A stretch of DNA of 64,000 bases from Azolla caroliniana. Lineage: Eukaryota; Plantae; Polypodiophyta. Under the pieces are notes generated by a model. It was not told where the DNA came from and did not search any database. It worked only from the letters and a program-made list of their open reading frames with translations. A program made the position numbers and the translations under genes. How positions within the stretch are numbered: the stretch's first letter is position 1; every line of letters begins with the position of its first letter. Shown in pieces: positions 54,133 to 64,000 of this stretch. Location of the stretch: positions 7,502,001 through 7,566,000 of the forward strand of contig JBHGNT010000001.1 in assembly GCA_043228905.1 (NCBI GenBank), written 5' to 3'.

Positions 54133-54465
54133 ACTCTTTGTCATGAACAAGGACCATCACTCTTGGCATTCATAGAAATTAAAGGCATATGGCACACAGA
54201 TATTCTAATTCTCATCTATGTCATTTTCCAGTCCTTCCATCTTAGTTGGCTCTTTTTTTCTCGTCATTAGCAGTACATAATTCATTGGTTGGCTAACTCT
54301 TTGTCATGAACAAGGACCATCACTCTTGGCATTCATAGAAATTAAAGGCATATGGCACACAGATATTATCTTTCTAATTCTCATCTATGTCATTTTCTAG
54401 TTCTTCCATCTTAGTTGGCTCTTTTTTTCTCGTCATTAGCAGTACATAACTCATTGGTTGGCTAA
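54133..54465. repeat. Recent tandem duplication, 2 x ~165 bp
   Basis: ACTCTTTGTCATGAACAAGGACC...CATTGGTTGGCTA starts at 54133 and 54296, with few substitutions and one small indel. Confidence 0.95.
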
Positions 54466-55243
54466 CCAATGGCAATTTTGTTTGTTTTGGATAGGAAACT
54501 GTATAAAATTGACAGAGATCTGACCTAAAGTTTGGTAAGGAAACCTCTTCTCTAAAACAATCTTTGTCCTTACTAATTTAAGAGGTACCATAAGGCTAGA
54601 AATTCCTTATTGGTTTAAGTGCTACCATAAGCTAGAATACAATTTTGTAAATATCCATCTATCATTAATGATTTAGATGGACACACGAATTATAGCACAA
54701 ATTATAGCTTTTCGCAAGGGCTATCTTTTCAATGACAAAATAAACTTCACCATATTCAAGAATATATCTAAAAATATCTTGCAATATTCAGCACAACGAG
54801 CAAACATTCATTTTCTACAAAATTCTTGATTAACCAGAGGTCGACCATAGAAAAGATAACACCACCATTTTTTGAGAAAATATATAAATTCTGTTTCCCA
54901 CAAAAAGGGGACATTCAATTTTCCAGACAAAGTACAAACTCATTCAACAAGGGGTTTATCAAGGTAAAGAACACCCACACTACCCATTTCTTACAAAAAT
55001 CTGCACTATTCTTATGAAGAAAAAACATTAATTTTCAAACGAAATATGTAGTCAGATTTTGACCATGGGTTGAAATTTGAGCCATCAGTGTAGCGAACTT
55101 CAATTATGCATATCTTTGAAGACTAGATAGAGGCTCCCAACTATGTACAAAGAATTCCACAGCTTGACGATACATATTTGTGCTATTATAGATGCACAAG
55201 GAAAAGAAAGTCTGATCAAGATTTCAATTGAACATAGAACACA

Positions 55244-57854
55244 TCACAGCATTTCCCACTCTTCATCTGATGAGCTGTGCTCAGTAGCAGAGGGCACATC
55301 ATAAGCACCGGTCTTTGGTTCAGAAAATAGAGAATAGAATTCATTCTCTTTCCTGCCGCTAACAACACTGAACAATGGGGCACCATTTGCCTTCCTCTCG
55401 AACTGTGAAGCTCTATCACAGAAATTAGCAAAATCCTCTGGCATTCCAATCAAAATACAGTATTTAGAGTTTTATACATTTTCTTATCTAATATAGGCTA
55501 CGCAAAATGATAAAAAAGAACAGTTTTGACCTTGGTCTCGACAATAGAAGCCAAGAGCAAGGGATGGATCAATAGAACTCAGTGGCATATGTTTGATATG
55601 GCTGTAAATCATAAATCCTCCCAAATTAGGCTGGTGATCAACACTGGTTATACACACATAGACCTTTGACAATCATGTATTATCAGCTACCTGCAATGGT
55701 ATGTACTTGTATCCACCTTTGGATTGTCCGGCGATATTATACAAACCTGCAGGGGGGTATTATTGTATGTAATTCAAAAAAGCTTGGTAATTGATGGGTT
55801 CAGGACAGGTATAATGATTAATAGGAGCAATTTGGACATTCATTTTTCGTTGTGAAAGTTGAAGTTCTTGGATTTATGAAAGACATATTATGAAAGTATT
55901 TGACATGCATTAACATTATGCAATGAAGACTTGAATCAACCTGTTGTACTAGATGAGGATCGAGATAAAATACTCTATCATCTTTGACACCAACAAGGTA
56001 TGTTGAAGCTCCAGGTTTTCCACCTATCACCCCGACACTTTGTGGAAAAGTAAAGGTTTCTGCTAATAATGGAAGATACCTGCAAGGATCATATCTTACA
56101 ATGAGAACAATTCAAAAGATGCAAATCTCATTAGTATCATCGTTAGATACAGATCTACCTGGGATTTATTTTCTTTAATCCAAGGACAAGAGGAATAAGA
56201 ACCAGCAGTCCTGACCATTCACTTCCACAATCAACCCACCTAGAGCATATTTCCATGACTGCATCCATATAGAGGCAAGGAGCCCCACCTCTTTCTCCAT
56301 AGTTCTCTCCTGAAACTACATGAATAGCAAATGGCATTCTTCTTCCAATTCCTCTACGCAATCTTTCTGACTCTGCAAGAGCTTGTAATGAGCAGCAGAT
56401 TGCGTAAGGTCCTAACCACAATCCTGCCATCAACCCATAGGGGGCTCCATGCAAGAGTATGTTGTGGATCGAAAAGGGACAATCATGAGAATACGAATCC
56501 GCAAAGTATTGCAAGATTTCCAAGTAGATGCGTGAACTGGGCTGCAGCATTAACATGGGACCAACTGAAATCAGCTACTCCTGCAAAGTGTATACCCAAA
56601 ACTAAATCACCATTCCCCTTCTCAAATCTATTATGACATCAGGAGTGATTAATGATGATGACTGGAGTTGGACTAGATTTCTATGGATGTTTGTATGTCA
56701 ATTCCCAAGTGCACACCATGTGGGTAGGCATCGATTTCACCTCCAATGAAGAGTGCATTCACAAACTTATATGCTTCTAAACATTAACCTCTCTCCAACT
56801 TAGGGTGCATCACACGCTGGCAATTCCTAGGAACACATTAATTTACTCAATATCATGTTTACCTGGGATGGAGAGTGCCTCCAGGTCCTACCAAGAAAAT
56901 GGCAAACCAAAGCCTGTAAGAAACAAAAGGTTGTCAATGTCACAAAACCATTTCAAAATATTTGGAAAGTAAATGGCATTGCAGATTCGGGAAAATAATC
57001 AAACTGATTCAAAATAATTGGAATGTTTATGAAGTTACAAAATCAATTAAAACAAGTGGAAAATCATTGCATAGTGAAACCTGTGCAAGAAGCATTTGAC
57101 AGCTCCGGATCATACAACCCCAACCTACGTCTGTAGTAAATTTTCGAGATCCTACTGCTTCAAATCCTATTTTTAATAGACAAAACATCAAATAAAGGTT
57201 ATAATTTTGAAGTAGCACGTGATTAAAGACAAGAAATAGGGTTCTTTGGCAGTAAATTTGCCATATCCTGTCAAAGAACATGAAGGAAAGACCCCATATA
57301 TCTTATATTTCAAAGGAAGGATTAAGATTTTAAACACCTTTTCTGTACGTGATGTAGACCCGAGAGCGAAAATCAGCTTCAAATTCTTCGTTCATTTCAA
57401 TATGTCTCCCTTCATCGTCATCATCAGAGGTAAAGGAAGAGATTGTAACATAATGTGTTCCTAAAAACCATAAACTACCACCATATATGGATCTCTGCGG
57501 GCACCATTTACAACCCAGAAGCCGCTCCTTGAGTCGATAAACTGACATATTTCTTCCAGAAAATCGCTCTTTCAAACGACAAACCCACATATTTCTCCCG
57601 GAAAACCGCCACGTTCTCGCCTTACCGCTCGGCCTGAAAACTGCACCACACAAACGGCGGTTTCCCCATGCCCTTTGCAAGAGAGAGAACCAGAAGGAAT
57701 GAAACCGTTTGGGGCTTTCAAAACCACCAATGATTTGGGCGTCTGGTGGCAGACCGCCAGCGGTTTCAGGAGGCAATCCATGGTACGCAGGATTCAGAGA
57801 GGGGTCGATTTCGAAGGGTTCGATCTCTGCAGAGGAATCCTCTGGACCCGTCAT
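55244..57854 (-). CDS. ATG4: Autophagy cysteine protease ATG4, 8 coding exons
   Basis: Exons ~57854-57338, 57166-57081, 56912-56863, 56541-56159, 56079-55941, 55746-55691, 55582-55531 and 55437-55244. Motifs DFRSRVYITYRKGF, TTDVGWGCMIRSCQMLLAQAL (catalytic Cys), PFSIH, YLDPH (catalytic D/H), IDPSLALGFYC and a C-terminal LIR EEWEML. Confidence 0.96.
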
Positions 57855-57924
57855 GCCTTTTTGGACAGAGAAGACAGCGATGGCTACGCTTGGATGAATC
57901 TGTCAAGAAGAATCATGGAGTCAA

Positions 57925-58087
57925 TGAATCTGATGAAGATGAAGGAGGAGAAAACCTCTTGAAAGGAAATACAGAGGTGGGTTTTTCTTAATTCCCGAAG
58001 ATGCCCCTGATGAATCTGATGAAGATGAAGGGAGGAGAAAACCTCTTCAAAGTAAATGTTTTTCTTAATTCCCGAAGATGCCCCTGA
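57925..58087. repeat. Tandem duplication (86 bp + 77 bp) in the ATG4 5'UTR/promoter
   Basis: TGAATCTGATGAAGATGAAGG..AAAACCTCTT..TTTTTCTTAATTCCCGAAGATGCCCCTGA starts at 57925 and 58011. Confidence 0.9.
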
Positions 58088-60196
58088 GTATTTCTTCTTT
58101 CTTTATGGTCAAAACACAACACAATTTGCTTATGGGGCCAAATTTGGTCTTAGAAGACCTTAATACACATATATCTTTCTTTCTTTCTTACGTTAATAGT
58201 CCCAATAAAAATGTATGTGAAAATAAACCCTAGCCTACACACTTGAATGGGTTCCACAAGTTACTTGTGTCCTATCCACGTCTCTTAGAGGCAGGCACAT
58301 GGAAAGAGATGCATAACTTAATAAAAATTCTGTCCAACAACTATGAGAAGGCTTGGTGGCTAGAAATGCTCACCATGTCCAAATTTCCGCCTCCCTCCTC
58401 AAGTAAACAAGCAATGTAAATGTGCATGGGAGAAGATTAATAAAATAGTTGGTCATCAAGAGGTTATTCAAATACTATATGCTCATGTCAACTCATACAT
58501 CCTAGAGTGCTAGGTAGAAGACCACGAGCAAACGTAGGACGATATCGACTATAGCCTAGACTCAAGAGCATCAATGACGATGCTACTCTTGTCTCTATAT
58601 ATAGAAGTTATACTTAAGAAAATCCTTGTGTTGGCTCAATGTGTTCTCATTGGGTGCATGTCTTAGTATTCATGGAATCGTGTCTCCACGCCAATATCAT
58701 TTGCCAAGGGGTTCAGGTTGCCATATTCCCTATTGATGTTGAGTCAAGGGAGAGTTGTTGTCTCACACTCTTGAGCCACAAACTTTCCTTACCATACCAT
58801 AACTTTCACTCACACCTCACAAAGACAAATCTAATTAAGAAGTAGTTAATATTGTGCGAAGGCTTAAGTGTTAACCATATACCACAAGTAAAAGAGATTA
58901 CACTCCATAGTTTTAACTACACCTCGATTAAATACAAAAGTTGCCACAACACATACAAAATGAAGGAGTGATTAAGGTTTGGATAAATCTCATTGGCATT
59001 AATCACTCACTTCACAATTATATGAGAGAGAGAAAGACGAAGGGAGACAACTCTAGTTTAAATCACCAAAGGGGGGAGAAGACCAAAAGTTCAAAAGCAA
59101 GCTAAAAAATAGTTTTAAGTCCCTATTTATGGAGTTTTCTTCAAGCAAACATCAATTAGATATAATCCTCTGAGATTGATGTTAACATTCATAATGACGG
59201 CGATGCAAATATACGTTGCATATTACATGACACAAGTTAATATTGCTCCCAACGTAGCACAAATTTATGCCAACTAGTATTGGCAATCTCTTGTAACCCT
59301 AGACAAAAGGCAATTTTATTTGTATTTCTAAAACCCTAAGACTTGGGTCTATGAGTAAGTGCACTAAATTAACCCCACAAGTTTGTGAACCTATCAAAAC
59401 CCTCAAATGTGTCAACCTTTACCTAATTGTCTCAATCTTCTAGTTGGCCAAACGCATCAAAACACAGTTACTCCAAGTTGTCATTGCATGTGTGCAATCT
59501 TTTGAAGTGGGGGAGTATGTTCCAGACATAAACATAATTGATCATGAGATAGGTTTTCCTAATCTTATGATGAGCATGTGAGGGTTAATTCAGAAAGGAA
59601 TGAGGATATGAATTGAATCTTACAACACTACAATGGGAGATAAATTGCATACACATCAAGACCTAAGTTTTTTGGCTACATAAAAAGGCTAACTACCTTC
59701 TTATGGGAGAGGTTGGACCTTTATTAGTGTAAATATGGCTCTTGTCAACTAAGCATGTGTGATACTTACGAAACCCATAGTACGACCCACATCAATACTC
59801 GATAGTATTGGACATCAAGGAGATTTAGGTTTATTTTGCTTCGTCATTAGCGAGTGGTCATGTGCTTTGTCACCCCTCTTTCCTTTCTTTAGTCTATCTT
59901 TCATTATATATCTTGCTTAACTTTTAGTTAGCCTCTAACATAACCATATACAAGCTACCCTCTACACACTTAGAATAGTCAAGGGGAGGGAACTTATGTT
60001 CCCAAAATACCCCTAAATTCGAATAAAAAAATATAAATTCCCAAAATGACATGAATACCCCTACCCCTCTCCCCTTCCCTCAAATATCAAACTAATATAT
60101 CTATTCACATTTATAAATATACAATTGCACACAATCACATGCACAAATCGTTGAAAATAGACATATGCACAACACATACACATGTGACGTAGAAGT

Positions 60197-60197
<1 letters not shown>

Positions 60198-60272
<75 letters not shown>
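60198..60272. repeat. (CA)n microsatellite
   Basis: Direct reading of the sequence. Confidence 0.98.
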
Positions 60273-60276
<4 letters not shown>

Positions 60277-60949
60277 CTTAACATATTATACACTTACACA
60301 CGAAGCTGCGACATGCACAAGACTTAAATATATCACAAATACTCACTTTACATGTGTTGAGCCACAAACGTTTTACCAACATGCGAAAAATATTAAACAT
60401 GTGGAATGCACCCACTAAAGAGGGAAAGTCATAAAAAACACAATCGTATGCTAATTTGTGCATTTCACTCCTATAAACCTACATATAAGTGCCATCAAAT
60501 CCATCTTCCTAATCCAAGTCCCCACAAATCAATCTTCTTATTTAAAACCTTGATTTCAAGGACCACACCATCTCAAATACGTGTGAAATTTTCTTTGCAT
60601 AACTTTGCCTGACCGTTACCAAGGGACATGGAGGCGGATGTACTTCTAGAGCCTTTCTTGTTCGACATTCTATGCTCATTAAGGTCTAAACTTTGAAGCA
60701 TTCCCCAAGCTCATTATTAGTCTTCTTGTGGTTGGGCAATATGGGACGTGTGCTTTGAGTATTTTCCAAAGATTCTTGTGAACCCTAGAATACAAATTGT
60801 TCAATGAACTTTGTTAGCCAACATTATTTGCCTTGCCTAGGTAAGTATCATTGTTTAGTTTGTGGAAAAAGTCATGCTTAGGTATGTATCATTGTTTCGT
60901 TTGCAACTTAGCTTGATGAGGCGGGTTGACCACTATAATTGGGATTGAC

Positions 60950-61430
60950 TATTACACACAAAGGGAATGTTTGGCTCTTGTGAACCTACTCCACATGATG
61001 AGAGCTATATATTAATAATCACAAGAGGAGTTGTTTATTGCTAATCATGACGAAAACAATTCACATTTCTACAAAATGGTAGTGTTTGGTTCTTTATAAG
61101 CTACCTCCACATGAGAGGAGCAACCTACCCTTCACCATAATGGGAGTTGTTTACTTCTCACCATGGTGGGGAGTCGGGACAATTCACTTTTGTACACGGT
61201 GGAAGTGGTCAAGTTTTTATAAGATACCTCCATGGTTGGGAACAATTCACTCTTCACCACTATGTGGGTTATTTATGGGTCACCAAATGGGAATAGTTCA
61301 CTTCCCACACGATGGGAGCATTTAGTTCTTTACAAATCAGATTCACACGATGTGTAATGGAAGTTGTTTATTGCTCACCATGACGGGACATTACACTTTC
61401 CACACAATAAATTGTTTTTAAGCTTCCACA
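60950..61430. repeat. Degenerate ~115-120 bp tandem repeat
   Basis: Recurrent GGAGTTGTTTA..CTCACCATG..GGACAATTCAC..TTTATAAG.TACCTCCA motifs, 3-4 copies. Confidence 0.6.
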
Positions 61431-61838
61431 CAATATTTTAACACAATAAGAGTTAAGTTGGGGGGATGTTTATGATGAAGTTAAACAACTTTTTGAGCTT
61501 GTTTTTAAGTACGCAAACAACTTTGTACTTGTACCTATAATCTCTATTCTATTACTAGATTTTCTTCAGAAGAGAAAAGAGATATGACTCCTAGATATTG
61601 ACTAATGTTAATCGATACTTAGGATTATGCTTTACCTTTAGGTTTCCATTTAAAAGGACGGGTTCATGATTGCCACTGTGTGTGTTGCCAATTACAAGAG
61701 GAGACTTTGAAACATTTGTTCTAGACTTGCATTGCAACTTGAAAATATTGGGGAAGAGTTGAGGATGTTTTTTTGTAAATATAAAGGAACGGTTTTTACA
61801 TGGGGGGTTGTTTTTTGGGGGTCTTTGGATGTGCAGAT

Positions 61839-62405
61839 TGTTGGGAGACAGGTCCCTCCGGATGGGAAGGGAGAAAAACAATGCTGATGAACAAACTCAG
61901 CCGAGGCCGAAACCGGATGAGGAGTACCCGGCTACGGAGAGCCGGATGGTGCAGACCCGGTGAGAACCGGATGAGGAGTACCCTGCTACGGAGGATCGGA
62001 TGGTGCAGACCCGGTGAGAACCGGATGAGGAGTACCCGGCTACGGAGGACCGGATGGTGCAGACCCGGTGAGAACCGAATGAGGAGTACCCGGCTACGAA
62101 GGACCGGATGGTGCAGACCCGGTGAGAACCGGATGAGGAGTACCCGGCTACGGAGGACCGGATGGTGCAGACCCGGTGAGAACCGGATGAGGAGTACCCG
62201 GCTACGGAGAGCCGGATGGTGAAGACCCGGTGAGGAGTGCTCTCCGGATGAAGAGACATATTCGTAAATATGTCTCTGAGAGTCCATCGTGGCTATATTT
62301 GTAAATAGCTGAAAAGTCATATTAGTATAAATATGACTTAGGGCAAACCTTTTGCTGTTGTTGTTATTGTTGTTGGTGCAAGGAGAGAGAGAGCGCGTAA
62401 CTGTG

Positions 62406-62466
<61 letters not shown>

Positions 62467-62681
62467 CGTTGCCTCCGTGAACTCATTGTTGTACATTCTA
62501 ACATAGTGATAGTTTGCAGCCTGTGGGCTGCCGTGGTTTTTCCCTTGGTTTGGGTTTTCCACGTAAACATCTTGTGTACTCTTCTCTTCTTCCTGTCGTG
62601 CATTATTTCCCGTTTTCTGTGTATGGTTCTTAGCTCGGTTGTGGCCGAGCATTGCATATAGGGAGCGTGCAGTTCCTGTCA
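61839..62681 (+). mobile_element. Solo LTR (843 bp), copia-like
   Basis: Starts TGTTG and ends TGTCA. 5-bp TSD CAGAT at 61834-61838 and 62682-62686. TATAAATA at ~62326, (GA)n, and a GTGGTTTTTCCC..GGGTTTTCCACGTAAA motif like that of copia LTRs. Removing it rejoins the LINE frame (DVQ/ISLYE). Confidence 0.88.
61911..62234. repeat. Tandem array, 6 x 54 bp, in the LTR U3 region
   Basis: Unit AACCGGATGAGGAGTACCCGGCTACGGAGGACCGGATGGTGCAGACCCGGTGAG. Confidence 0.97.
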
Positions 62682-63430
62682 CAGATATCCCTGTATGAGG
62701 CGGAGCAATGTGCAGAAGCATTGAGTGTGTCGGAGAATAGAATTGAAGCTATTCTCCTGAACATTTCAATCGGTAAATATTTAAAAAACTTCTTTGTTTG
62801 GAATATTGTTTTGTTTAATGCTTTATGGGTGTGGTGGAAGTGTCGGTGCAACACGAAATATGAAGGTATCGCGTATAATGTGGTGGATATGATTAACATG
62901 TTTTGGGACAACTTGGTACACACAGTTAAGGGAGAGTGATAATATTAAAGGAACAACGGAAAAGGTGCATAAGAAAAGAAGGAAAATTCGTAAAATATGG
63001 TGGCCAATACCTATGTGGATCTTGGATGGGTCACATGAAGATCGCTGGAATTATGTTCCACCACGATTGTCACAGCCACACCAAGCGTAGACTAGGACAG
63101 AACATGGATAATGGGGTTATGAGCGATGGGCTACGAACTTGGAGCTAGAAGTGACGAGGTTAGGAACTCTAGAAGTTTATACAAGTTTCGAGATTGAATA
63201 TCTCTAGAATATACTCGAGAAATATCTTTAGAATATACCATACAATATTTCTAGAATATACTAACAACTAGAATATTTTGATTTTGAAATGTACTATATG
63301 TTAGACTATATAATACTAAACTATTATATACAAATATATGTTCATATCAAAATGGTTGAGCATGACATGTTGTTAATGTGAAATTGCAGGTTCAATCCTC
63401 ACCAACAATGTATTTGATGTCATTGTGTCA

Positions 63431-63929
63431 TGACATTATCCTCCCCTTTACGACCGCCTTTTCAAAAGCATGGTGTAGGGGTGGACGAGAATTGGAGCAC
63501 CGACGGGCGTGAGCAACAATGTGTTGTCCTCACAGGAGACTGAAACACCAACGGACGTGAGCAACCATGTGCGGTCCTCATCGGGAAATGGAACACCAAT
63601 GGGTGTGAGCGACCATGTGCGGTCCTCACGGGAGACACGAATACCAATGGACGTGAGCGACCATGTACGATTCTCCCCGGGAACTAGAACACTAACGAGC
63701 ATGAACTTCTTGCTCACCCCTACATCATGCTTTCGGAAAGGCGGTAAGAAAGGGGAGCATTGATGTTCCAATCTCAAGTGAGGACCTCTCATGGTCGCTC
63801 ATATTCATTCGTGTTGTTATTTCTGGTGATGACTCGCTTACTCATCAATCAACTTTGATTTTGTACTCCAACTCACCCTTGCACCGTGATGCTTTCGAAA
63901 AGGCGGCCGTAAAGGGGAGGATAATGTCA
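63431..63929. mobile_element. Inverted-repeat-bounded ~500 bp structure with 4 internal 48 bp repeats (foldback element or back-to-back PPT-LTR junctions)
   Basis: TGACATTATCCTCCCCTTTACGACCGCCTTTTCAAAAGCAT at 63431 pairs with ATGCTTTCGAAAAGGCGGCCGTAAAGGGGAGGATAATGTCA ending at 63929. The 48-bp units start at 63500, 63548, 63596 and 63644. Confidence 0.7.
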
Positions 63930-64000
63930 CAGACATGACAAGAGTTATGTCAAGAAATCCATCTCTTGACCTCTTGTATTATAGTCAAATGTTATGTTGT

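Larger units (their letters stand above)
61600..63090 (+). mobile_element. Old LINE ORF2 3' remnant, interrupted by a solo LTR
   Basis: Left part: YALPLG..CVCCQLQEETLKHLF*TC..W..FTWGVVFWGSLDVQ. Right part: ISLYE..LWVWWKCRC..FWDNLVHTVKGE..WNYVPP. These are colinear with ALPVG..CTRCHLQTETQKHCLWEC..LTWGMVVWTSL..IWKARC..IVHALKGQ..WHFQPP in the LINE at 46 kb. Confidence 0.8.

Noticed and set aside
58300-60060. Possible decayed LTR/retroelement (AAGGGGGGAG tract, CCTATTTAT)
   Set aside because: I could not define termini, a TSD or a coding motif. The same applies to 24.4-26.3, 34.3-35.5 and 50.0-51.7 kb.
61911-62234. CRISPR-like or repeat-protein interpretation of the 54-bp array and its overlapping ORFs
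   Set aside because: The units are contiguous with no unique spacers, there are no cas genes, and the array lies inside an LTR. The ORFs arise because the unit is stop-poor and divisible by 3.

Overview
AT-rich land-plant nuclear genomic DNA. A fern or other seed-free plant is plausible from the PLS-class PPR gene and the retroelement motifs, but this is inference. I can reconstruct eight protein-coding genes from GT-AG junctions and protein motifs: MSI1 (+), a SirB1/transglutaminase-like TPR protein (+), TBL3/UTP13 (-), oligoribonuclease (-), an intronless PLS-E PPR (+), cytosolic APX (-), PIMT (+) and ATG4 (-). Mobile DNA includes a hAT-type MITE with an 8-bp TSD, a Ty3/gypsy integrase relic, and a nearly intact 5'-truncated LINE in the APX promoter. 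There is also a solo LTR with a 5-bp TSD and a 54-bp higher-order repeat array, nested in an older LINE, and a back-to-back inverted PPT/LTR-like structure at the right end. I found no rRNA, intact tRNA or CRISPR array, and I cannot claim a confirmed new biological system. The best candidates are (i) a GC-rich coiled-coil coding fragment captured inside a tandem duplication just upstream of the PPR gene, (ii) two YAG|GTAAG ratchet-like sites in the APX 5'UTR intron, and (iii) the inverted PPT-LTR structure at 63.4-63.9 kb. Coordinates were counted by eye and may be off by a few bases. Family assignments come from remembered motifs, not database searches.
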